A stretch of DNA of 64,000 nucleotides from Centroscyllium fabricii (Eukaryota): positions 359,910,001 to 359,974,000 of the forward strand of contig JBNRSN020000003.1 in the NCBI GenBank assembly GCA_051313645.2, given 5' to 3'. This document shows, in pieces, positions 48,750-59,818 of the stretch; positions within the stretch are counted from its first letter, which is position 1; the number at the start of each line of letters is the position of its first letter. A model generated the notes under the pieces. It worked only from the letters and a program-made list of their open reading frames with translations. It had not been told where the DNA came from and searched no databases. A program made the position numbers and the translations under genes.

Positions 48750-50870
48750 TGTGGTAATACGGTTTACAACAATGTATATAGTTATCTGTACTGTAACACT
48801 GCATTGTATATAGTTGCCTTGTGGTTGCCTCTTGCCTACCTGGGATGCCTCAGCCGGCTCCGCCTCCAGGCTCCACCCACAGGCTGCCGTATAAAGGTCA
48901 CAGCCCTGCTGACCTCGTGGCATTCCAGGGTCGGTTAGTAACAAGATAAGACCTGTGCTCCAGTTCTTAGTTAATAAAAGCCTCAGTTGTATTCTTAACT
49001 TCGTCTTGAGTATAATTGATCGTGCATCAATTTTATTAACTAGGTTTTCAGCGATGTTTAAAATATTGTGACCTAATTGCCTGGAGCTAAAACCGTAGGC
49101 ACCAGACGCACCCCGGAACTTCGCCCACTGGCTCAGGGTGTTTGACTTCTTTTTAACCGCCTCCGCAATGACCATCACCACAGACGCTGATAAATTGGCG
49201 GTCCTGCTATCCCGGGTCAGCCCAGCTATCGACGGGCTAATCCAGAAGGAAACCACCTACGCAGGCGCTCTGAGGATCCTCAAGAACCGTTTCGAAGCCC
49301 CGATGAATGAGGTTTATGCGAGACACCAACTGCTGTGCCGCAAGCAGCAGGCCGGTGAGTCTATTGCGGACTATGTCGAGGAGCTGCGGGAAATCGGTCA
49401 GGGCTGCAACTGCCAGGCGATCTCGGCCGAGGTCTACCTGCACGAACTCATCTGCGATGCTCTCATTGCGGGTGTAAGAGTGAGTTACACCCGCCAGCAG
49501 CTGCTCGAACAGGACACCCTCGACCTAAAAAGGGCAATAACTCTCGCTAACTCCCTGGACGTTGCACATCGGAACATGGAGTCCTATGAACAGCTGACAA
49601 CCTCGTGGGCAAGACGGGCGCAGCCATCATGGACGGTAGGACAGAACCCCGTCGCGCCTCCCCCGCTCACAGCCGCTGCTATCTCTGTGGCTACTCAAAG
49701 CACCCCAGGCAGCGCTGCCCGGCGAAATCGGCAACGTGCTCCAGCTGCAGAAAGAAGGGGCACTACGCCAGCGTCTGCAAGGCCAGACCCTCCCCCAACC
49801 CCAGCAGTGCGCGTGTGGCCTAGTGGAGCGGCCATCTTACCCTGCCGCGTGGTAAACAAGGGGGTGGCCATCTTGGGTCTCCCCATGCCATGTGCGATCC
49901 ATGGGCGCCGCCATCTTGGAACCGGCCGCGCATGCACACCTCCCCCCCTCCTCACCGGATTCTTCGTGGATCGTGACCTGCTTCTACCTCAACTGGCCTC
50001 CATCACCCTAGACCAGTCTAGACCCCACCAGCTCGCCAGGTCCACGATGGACATGCAGGTAAATGGCCGCACCACGAACTGTGTCTTTGACTCCGGGAGC
50101 ACCAAAAGCTTCATCAATCCGGACACTGTACGGAGGCTTTCGCTGTCAGTTCAAAAGATGTGCGGGTTAGGTTGATTGGCCATGATAATTTGACCCTTAG
50201 TGTTAGGGGGATTGAATATGTGGGGTTACGGGGATAGGGTGGGATATGTGTCGGTATAGGGATCGAGGGATATGGGGAGAGGGCAGGGGCGGGGTACAGG
50301 GTTTAGATGATCAGCCATGATCTCATTGAATGGTGGAGCAGGCACGAAGGGCCGAATGGCCTACTCTTGCTCCTATCTTCTATGTTTCTATGTTTCTATG
50401 TTTCTATGTTCACCTGGCACACCAACGGATCTCCCTGGCTTCTAAAACACGAACGGCGGCTGTCGGCAGCTATTGCGGGAGATGGACCATATGGTGGACC
50501 AGAACGTGCTGCTGGCTACATTTCCCTATTTAGATAACATCACCACCTGTGGCCATGACACGCATGACCACGACACCAACCTGGCCAAATTTCTCAAGAC
50601 CGCCCAACTCCTTAACGTCACTTATAATAAGGAGAAATGTGTCTTCCGCACCACCCGCCTTGCCATCCTGGGCGGTGTCGTGGAGAATGGGCTCATCGGC
50701 CCGGACCCTGAACACATGCGCCCCTTCCTGGAGCTTCCCCTCCCCCACAGTCCCAAGTCCCTGAGAAGGTGCCTGGGCTTTTTCTCGTACTATGCCCAGT
50801 GGGTCCCCCAGTACGCTGACAAAGCCCGCCCCCTCATCAAATCAACCACCTTCACCCTGGCGGACGAGGC
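48750..50870 (+). mobile_element. Truncated Gypsy C (5' LTR 48750-49029, gag, protease, RT fragment)
   Basis: 280-bp TG...CA LTR. Gag and VFDSGS protease are homologous to A and B. A deletion joins the protease to REMDHMVDQ...FPYLDN. No 3' half. Confidence 0.92.
50154..50407 (+). mobile_element. 5'-truncated V-SINE in Gypsy C protease
   Basis: Starts AAAGATGTGCGG and ends (TTTCTATG)n; TSD GTTCA. Confidence 0.92.
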
Positions 50871-51114
50871 TTTATTTTGTCATGGTGTCACATATCTGAA
50901 ACAAAGCACAAGCACACAGGAGTAGCATTATGTCAACCAAGCTGCCAACATTCATATATTGCTAATTAGAGGAAATAAATGCCCTGCGCTTGATTTGAAT
51001 ATTGTGCTGAGTATTTATTTGATATTGTTTATAGCAGGAGACCGGCACCGAGGATGAAAGTGAAACAAAAGATGGTTTGGGCAGAATTGGGCAGATCGGA
51101 TTTAGAATCTCTCT

Positions 51115-51770
51115 GGGGATAAAATTTCCCTTGTTTGTACCTCCGGTGGGAGGCGATAACGGGGTGCAAATGGCTATTCGCCCCTCCCAGAGATGATTAC
51201 TGCGCCTCCCGTGAAATTCCGCAGGAGGTTAGCGGAGGTGCTACTGGGTATCGCCCCGATCTTCTGCGCCCAGAGATCATGAAATCATCTCCGAGTGCAG
51301 CGTCTTGGGAGAAAGATTCCCCCTCGCGCCCCGCAGCAGCGCCGGGCGATGATACCGACTGCGGCAGGGGGTCACCAACAGTGAAGCTGGCGGCTCACGG
51401 GGTGCCATTTAAAGGCGCGGTGAATGGCCAACATGAAAAAAAAGCTGAATTTTCAACAAAAAAAATTCTGATCACTGGACGAAGATTGAGTGACGCAATC
51501 GGTCTGAGTGCCACAACAGCTTGAGTGCTGGGCTGATTGCGCTGCACTCCTGCACCACGATGCTCCAGCAGATGCCAAAAGAATGCAGAGCTGGCTGTAA
51601 GGGAGCCCTTACCTTTAATTGAGGGAAGAGCCACTACAACGCAGCAGCGCCACGCCTGGTCACGAGCGGTACTGCTGAACATTTTGCCCCAGGTCGGGAC
51701 ATTCCCCGCCTCTTGCGCTCCAAGAAACAAGTAGACAGCTTGATATAGCTCCACTTCCCTCGAGATGTTT
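51115..51770. mobile_element. Probable Harbinger-type terminal segment or MITE remnant
   Basis: Begins GGGGATAAAATTTCC and is GC-rich like the other Harbinger ends. No matching right TIR found. Confidence 0.5.
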
Positions 51771-54010
51771 AGAGCCACTTCAGAATGATTTTCAGCTTAA
51801 TTTTTACATTTTACAGCTGGCCCGCGGGGCCATAGGCCACGTCTGTCAATTTGAGGTGGAAGTTCAGTCCACTCTACTCACTCCAACCTACCTCCCTCTG
51901 AACTTGCAGCACAACCATTCGCTTAGATCCAACCCCGACATTGTCATTAAACCCACTGACAAGGGTGGTGCTGTTGTTGTTTGGCAAACCGACCTCCACC
52001 TAGCGGAAGTTGAACGCCAACTCTCCGACATCTCCTCCTACCTCCGCCAGGACCATGACCCCACCACCAAACATCAAGCCACCATTTGCAAGACTGTCAC
52101 TGACCTCATCTCCTCTGGAGATCTTCCCCCATGGCCGAAAAATCTCATAGTTCCCCAACCCCGCACAGCCCGCATCTAGCTCCTTCCCAAGATCCACAAA
52201 TATGACTGCCCTGGTAGACCCATCGTTTCAGCCTGTTCTTGCCCCATGGAACTTATCTCTTCCTATCTCAACTCAATTTTTTCTCCCCTTGTCCAGTCTC
52301 TTCCCACCTACATTCACGACTCTTCCGACACCCTCCACCATTTTTACAGTTTCCAGTTTCCTGCCCTGAACTGCCTCCTTTTCACTATGGATGTACAATC
52401 CCTTTACACCTCCATCCCCCACCAGGATGGCCTTAGGGCACTCCACTTCTTCATTGAACAGAAGCCCAAACAGTCCCCATCCACCACCACCCTCCTCCGC
52501 CTGGCTGAAAATGTTCTCACATTGAACAACTTCTCCTTTGACTGCAATCTTCCTCCAAAACAAAGGTGTTACTATGGGAACCCGCATGGGCCCTAGCTCT
52601 GCCTGCCTTTTCATGGGAGATGTGGAACACTCTTTGTTCCAGTCCTACTCGGGTCCCCTACCTCAGCTCTTTTTCTGGTACATTGATGACTGTATTGGTG
52701 CCGTTTCCTGCTCTCACCCTGAACTAGATAATTTCATTCACTTTGCTTCCAGTTTCCACCCTTCCCTCACCTTCACATGATCTATCTCCGACTCTTCCCT
52801 TCCTCGACTTCTCCGTCTCCATCTCTGGAGATAGGAGATTGACAAACATTCACTACAAGTCCATTGAATCGCACAGCTACCTGGACTACACTTCCTCCCA
52901 TCCCACCTCCTGTAAGGACTCTATTCCATTCTCCCAGTTTCTCCATCTCCGCCACATCTAACGATGCCACCTTTCATACCAGTGCTTCTGACATGTCTTC
53001 CTTTTTCCTCAACCGAGGATTCCCCTCTACAGTGGGTGACACGGCCCTTGACCGTGTCCGTTCTATCTCCCGCACTTCTGCCCTCACCCCTGCCCCTCCC
53101 TCCCAGAACCACGACAGAGTTCCCCTTGTCCTCACCTTTCACCCCACCAGCCTCCACATTCAATGGATTATTCTCCACCATTTCTGCCACCTCCAACGTG
53201 ATCCCACCACCAAAAGCATCTTCCTCTCACCTCCCCTTTCAGCATTCTGTAGGGAACACTCCCTTCGTGACACCCTTGTCCACTCTGCTCTCACCCCAAC
53301 ACCCCTTCCCCTTCGCCCAGCACCTTCCTGTGCAAGCGCAGGAGATGCAACACCTGCCCTTATAACTCCCCGCTTCCCACTGTCCAGGGCCCCAAAAACC
53401 CCTTCCAGGTGAAACAGTGATTTACTTGTACTTCTCGCAATTTAGTATACTGTATTCACTGCTCATGATATGGTCTCCTCTACATTGAGGTGACCAAACA
53501 CAGATTGGGTGACCGCTTTACGGAACACCTCCTTTCAGTCTCTAAGGCGGACCCCGAGCCTCCGGTGGCCTGTCATTTTAATCCACCACCCCATACCCAC
53601 TCAGACCTCACCGTCCTTGGCCTTTTGCATTGTTCCATGGAAGCTCACCGTAAGGTCGAGGAACAGCACTTTACAGCCCTCTGGACTCCACATGGAGTTC
53701 AACAATTTCAGATCATAACCTCGGCCCCTATTATATATATATAGAGATATTTTATCCACACTTTTTGTCTGTGTTTTTTTCTTCCCTCCCACACGGCAGC
53801 TGTCATTCTGCCAGCGCAATTCACACTTCATCTCGAGCCATCCTTTGTTTCTTAACCTGTCCCATTACCATCTCCTTTTGCCTTGAATATCTCTTAATCT
53901 CTTCCACCTTCAATCCTATCACAGACCTTCCCTTTTGTTCTTCCATCCCCTCGCCACTTTCCCAGCCTCTTCTCTTGCTTAAAAATCTCTTCCATTTCCT
54001 GCTTTTTTCC

Positions 54011-54043
54011 AGTTCTGACGAAAGGTCATCGACCTGAAACATT
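54011..54043 (+). ncRNA. Minimal hammerhead-ribozyme-like motif in the Penelope terminal region (split by a MITE)
   Basis: AGTT-CTGACGA-A-AGGTC-ATC-GACCT-GAAA-CATT; the complementary AACT resumes after the MITE at 54810. Confidence 0.6.
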
Positions 54044-54806
54044 GGCCCAGAAATTGCAGTGGAGCCTTCGTGTGGGTGCAGTACCTGCTTAACGCACTTG
54101 AACTGCCCATATTCAGTTTTGCTTTTTTGCACTCAGAAATTCCCGTTAGCCCAGCCTGTCAGAGCTCTGTGCGAGCTTCATGGGCATCTGAAGGGCGTAA
54201 TTAGTGCGAGGTGGCTTTTGAGACCACCTGATTGGCAGGGAGCCAATCAGTGGAACCAATTCTCCGTTCAAAACTTCCACTGAGAAATCTGTGCGAGGTC
54301 TGAAAGGAGAGATTGCCCAAAAGACATCAAAACACAAAAATAAAATATTACAAACACCACATTTTATTAACATTGCCCCAACTAACACAAATAACCTATT
54401 TTAAAGAACAAATAAAAATTTGCAGAAAAAAATTTCAACTTCCAACAGGTCTAAAAAAAGTTATCTGTCTTTAAAGTTATCAACAATTAAAAACCTGAAA
54501 AAACAACAATTAAAATCAATAAAATACACACTTACCAGATAAAAACGGCTACTTACGACTGATTTTTCCCAGCGTAGAAAATCCTGGTCTTGGTCCGTAG
54601 AAAAACGTCAAAAAAATATCGAAATGACTGGATGCTCCCGTAGTTCGCTGCTTCCTGCGCTGGACCTCACAGGAAGCAGCGACCCCCCCGCTGGGCGGCA
54701 CAGGAAAACCCGAAGCTGCGCTACCGGCTGCTTCCTGTGGGTTTAAGCTCTGGTGCGCTCGCACCAGAGCTTAAACCCGATATGCGCAGACTGCAATTTC
54801 TGGGCC
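54044..54806. mobile_element. Harbinger-type MITE, copy 2
   Basis: Perfect 17-bp TIR GGCCCAGAAATTGCAGT and TSD ATT. Confidence 0.93.
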
Positions 54807-55221
54807 ATTAACTCTGTTTCTCTCTTCACAGATGCTGCTTGACCTGCTGAGTATCTCCAGCATTTTCTGTTTTTATAATGGGAGCTCAGTGGCCACTGAA
54901 TCAGCTGAGGAATTGACAGAGTCATATGTAAAGTAAAAGCTCCCACTTTACAGAGATATCTTCCCTTGGCCACAAACTGTTCCTCACAGCATTTCCACAA
55001 AAGATTTAGGAGGCTACAAGTCTTTCTACAAATCACCATCCAGTCTGACCTCATTACTTCACTCACCAGTAACAGATCACTTCTGTCATCTCTACTTCAG
55101 CTGTCACCTATTCCATCAGCATGGGCGCTGACCATAATCCCCAGAATCTCACCACTATCAGCCCCAACACCAGCAATACCAGGCAAACCAGCATCATCAG
55201 GCACACCAGCAGCACCAACAA

Positions 55222-55565
55222 AAACAGAGATAGACAGTTTCCTGAAAGTAAAGGGAATTAGGGGTTACAGTGAGCGGGCAGGTAAGTGGACATGAGGCTA
55301 GGTTCAGATCGGCCATGTGATCTCAAGTTTTCAATCGCCTAGATGGGTCGGAGTGGAATTTCCCAGATTTTCTCTCCCAAATTGGCCACTGGGTTTTTTA
55401 TCTGGTTTTTCGCCTCTCCCAGGTGATCACATGGGTTTGGGCGGGATGGAGAGTAAAAATAAAATTGAGGTTAGGATCAGATCAGCCATGATCTTGTTGA
55501 ATGGCACAGCAGGCTCGAGGGGCCGATTGGCCTATTCCTGCTCCTATTTCTTATGTTCTTATGTT
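55222..55565 (+). mobile_element. CR1 3'-end fragment
   Basis: KTEIDSFLKVKGIRGY followed by a CR1-type 3' UTR and (TTCTTATG)n tail. Confidence 0.8.
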
Positions 55566-55622
55566 AACACCAAACTTCTCCACAATCACCTGATGCTGCA
55601 CAGGACAGAGGGCATCAGCACC

Positions 55623-58290
55623 TGAAAGTATAATTACAAGTCTTAGCCCTTTTTGGGTTACCCCGGATCAGGCATATTCCCCAGACATTCACCTTCAACT
55701 AAAGTTAAAGATAGCCGAATTCTATAAGATGCTTAATTGGGTCTAAAGGTTCAGACTATCTCTCCCTAAAGGAAAGGAACATCGTGAAGATGGTACTGTC
55801 CTCTGGATAGCACTTTTAATAAGTTTAACTAGACTATAATCTTCCAGATATTATGAGGGTCTGGAATACCCCCCAGAATTCTACAACTCCTTGCACAGAA
55901 AAGAATGTACAGAAATTGGGTTTGCGAGATTGATACAGAAATACTCTGAGAAATTCTAAAAATATATAGTTATTTAAGAGCTGACATTCATTTAACAGCT
56001 GTTGAGTCAGTCACAATATTAACAATTCAAAATACAAACAGTTTACATTTCTTATCAGAGATCGTTATTCTCAAATCTTAACTGTGTTATGTTTCCACAC
56101 TTCTACTTATTCTTAATCCAGAACATCCACCAAAATCAAACACCTTGATTAGCCAAGACTCAAAGTTGTAGGCTTAGAGTACTTGATTGCCGATAATTGA
56201 TTGCCCGTCTCCAGCGACTTCTGACTTTACATTTGAAAAAGTCTTTTATATCCTTTTTGCAGTAGTAAATCCTTTGAAGTTTTCTACTGATGTAAGCTAA
56301 TTATCTTATTCATTCTCTCTGTTGATGTATTTATATTCTTACTGTCAATTTAGCTGCTGTATGCATAATTATGTCTCTACCCTTAGGTGTTCCAAAAACT
56401 TATCATAAAACACTATGACAGTAGTCTTTATTGAATGCCATTCTTATCAAAGATTTTCCATTCAATACTTAATATTGGCTTAACTGTTTATAACCACAGA
56501 TGTGACTCAGTGGTGTTCCAATTTCAATACAAAAACAACATGATTGCTTGATGCATCTATTGAAGTCTTATCTTCAAAGTTTTCTGTATGTATCTTATTT
56601 ACAATATGTAAATTCAAACCACTTTAAACAGGGTATTTCATGCATTCCCAACTATCTCAATTGGTTGCATATTTAATCATGTTTGCTGTCTTATTTGATA
56701 TTACTTTTACAAAGGCACATGGATTTTTAATATTCTATTCCTGTTTGAAGTGTCAGATCTAACACTTTAATTGGGTCATACATTTGTCTTTCTCCCAAAC
56801 TCCAGACCTTTTGGAAGCAAGCCTTTGCTTTTTCAATTGGGCCATTGTTTTAGCATTAACAATTATTCCCATTTCAAAGCTTGTTATGTTTGCAACTTGT
56901 GTTATGAAACCATCCCATCTCAGAAGCCTGTTTTGACACATCTTGTGTCGCCGAGACTTTAAATTTTGAAACCCAGTATATCATGTATTAATAATGTCAG
57001 AAATCTGTCCATATTATGGTGTATCACTTGGAATATGGCTTAGTCCATCAAACCCCCTTCTGGACCAAATAATGAGCTCATAACATCAGGGCAGAGTTTG
57101 CTCAATGATACTAATAAGGTTACAATAGCATATAAATTTCACGAGATGCACAACCATGTGTTACATGAAAATTCCTTTGAAGTTACCCTAGGACAATGCT
57201 TTGTCTTATTTTAAATTGAACACAATTTAAAAGGATGTTAAGTACATAGTCATGCTATGAGCGAAACAACATGTACTTACAATCGGCAGATGTACATTCC
57301 GTAGAGGTGAGTTATTCATATGAGTCAAGGAAATGTCAGTTGACTCTAGTTGAAGCTTGACACACTGTTCCTGCGATCCAGCATGTGTACAGATGCATGT
57401 TTTCATAAAGGCCTTACTAGGCACTCAGTCGATTCCTTCTTTATCGACGGTGTCTTCCTCCTTCGTTGAAATAACTCATTGATCTTTCCTTGATTCAGTT
57501 GCTGCTTTTTGCAATTCCTAATGCCTTGTCAAGCAACGTGTAGAAGAACCGGCGACACCATCTGACTGACCGTCATCAGTAATTCAATCGCATCCATTTC
57601 CTGTGTCGTGCTCCAAGCTGGGTCTTGAAAGACAGTGTACGACTGCACCTTGTATTGTTCCTCCTTTTCGGTATCCTGCAGGACATCTTTTGATATTGTC
57701 TATGGACACAGTTTTAAAAATATGCTTGCCATTCGGCTGGTTAATATGTATTTGAACTGTTCTTTCGTTAATAACAGAATGTATTTTAACAGGTTTTTTC
57801 CACTTCAATCTTAAACCAGGATTTTGCTTGAATTTATTTTCCTGTACCCATTCTCCTATTATGGGTTGCCATGCTTTATTTGTCCATTTTTTCTGCCTAT
57901 TTACTTCCCTTATCCTCTGTTCAATTCGATGAATCTCCTTTGTTACGTTTTTTTTAACAGTAGCTGGCGGGTCAAGGACTCAGTGTGTAGAGGCAATAAA
58001 AGAACTATGGGTAAGCGGTGCATGCATCTCAACCCCATACATCAGATAATATGGAGTTTTAGGGGACACTGTCCCTGATGCAGATGTGGGCACATTATTG
58101 AGTGATAGCTGTACATCTGGAATGATGGCGGTCCACTTATTCCCCCTGATTCTCAACAGTTTGACCATTAGCTTTATTACTTCCTGATTTTTACATTCCA
58201 CCAGCCCCGCTGATTGCGGCTGACATGGCGTGCTGTGCTCAAACCCAATCCCCTTTGTTCGCAATAGTCTTTGATATCTCTTGAAATATG
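55623..58290 (-). mobile_element. 3' remnant of an AT-rich LTR element: integrase fragment, PPT and putative 1.4-kb LTR (55623-57050)
   Basis: STPCQPQSAGLVE...SLNN...TPYYLMYG at 57980-58264. GAAGGGGGTT precedes TG at 57050 on minus. The LTR's far end is tentative. Confidence 0.65.
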
Positions 58291-59392
58291 ACTTATTCCT
58301 TCACACACCCAACTGTATTGCTGCCCGGGATGCCAAGGATGGCCTCACCATGGCCAGATTTACATCACTTGACTTGTACACCCTGGCTGCCACATGATGC
58401 ACCAGGTTGGCACCACTCCACACCAGCACCATAAAGGATCGCTACAATGTCCAAGCCATTCCTTTTACACTCATCACCATTGCGGGTGATATAATTATGC
58501 CTCATCATTCACTGCAACTCAATAAACCACTTCCAAAGGTGCACACAAATCTGTCCAAGAACACAAAGTATTGAAAATAAAGGTTTCAATGTTTGAGACC
58601 ATATTAACAGAAACTTTACATGAACATTACATAAAACACCCAAGTGCTCACCCTTGTGTGTTGTTAGTTGGTATGATTGCGCTAGGATGAGGGTGAGTGT
58701 GAGGGGTGTCTAGTGAGATGGGGATTTGTTAATGTAGATAGAGAGGGTTGGGTGGAGGTGCAAGGTAAGTTGGTGTGAGTAAGGATGTGCAGGAGTAGGG
58801 TAGGGAAGGCAGAGTGATGGGGATGTGATGAGAGACACAGCAGGATGAGGTTGAGTGTGGCTTTGTACTAATGTTTTGTGATATACTGAGATCATTGAAA
58901 TGTTTGCATCACTGCACCCAGGTCCTTCTGACCATATCTCTGCTTATCCCCTCCTCTGCAATGTGCAACCAGGCTGTGTTGATCTCCTGGAGAGGTATAT
59001 TCCACCTCTGTGAAGGGAAGTAGACCTTTCTGCGTGCTGTGACTCCCTCAATAAGCATATGGAGGGAGTCATGGGAGAGCCTGGGTGCAACCATGTGTCT
59101 TTGTGCCGTGATTGTCAGTGTTTGCAGCACCTCAATGCTGTAGAACACTGACAGCGCAACTGTCAAAATAAATTTGCCCATGGTCACTTTAAGGAAACCA
59201 GCTGAAGACACGTCATTAAATGGCATCACCAGACCCACTTCCTCTAATTGGCTGGAAAATGCTTTGGATGGGCTTAACAAGTCCAATCAAGGAAATTTCA
59301 TTTCACAGAGCAGGATGGAGCCAAGAGTGGGGTTGTGACCCGCCACCAAAATCGCCCGCCACAGGCCCGCCGAGATCAGCAAAATCCTGACC

Positions 59393-59818
59393 ATAGAAAC
59401 TTGCAGCACAATCTTAGGACTGACTTGATTGCTCAACAGAGAGCCGGCACGGACTCGATGGGCTAAATGGCCTCCTTCTGTGTCGTTATGACTCTGTGGC
59501 AGAAGGAGACCATTCAGATAGTAGTGCCGGTGCTGGCTCTTTGAAAGAGATGTCCAAATTAGTCCCACAGCCCAGCTTTTTCCCCATAGCCCTGCTAGTG
59601 AGTCCTTTTGAAATTCCTATCGATCTACTTCCACCACCCTTTCTGGTAGTGCGTTCCAGATCTTAACAACCCTTTGTGAAAATGTTTTCCTCATTTCCCC
59701 TCTAGTTCTTTTGTCAATTATTTTAAATCTTGACATTTGGTTACCAACCCACTTGCCAGAGTAAATATTTGCTCCATCAAAACCCCTCATAATTGTGATT
59801 ACCTCTATTGCCTAGTTT
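59393..59818 (-). mobile_element. CR1 3' UTR fragments
   Basis: CR1-like tail and ORF2 end (GTTCCAGATC..AACAACCCT..GTGAAAA); truncated by Gypsy E. Confidence 0.6.

Larger units (their letters stand above)
51860..54875 (+). mobile_element. Degenerate Penelope-like retroelement (RT, GIY-YIG, 3' terminal region)
   Basis: IVIKPTDKGGAVVV, FTMDVQSLYT, GVTMGTRMGP, YIDD, LPFLD and VYCI..LLYI..TKHRLGDRF motifs, with many frameshifts. Confidence 0.92.
54880..59392. mobile_element. Highly decayed Harbinger C remnant with nested insertions
   Basis: Q/H-rich transposase-N-terminus-like sequence at 55150-55620, a SANT-like exon on minus at about 58880-59095 (APRLSHDSLHMLIEGV...AWLHIA...RTWVQ*CKHFND), and terminus-like AAAATCCTGACC at 59392. 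Confidence 0.55.
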
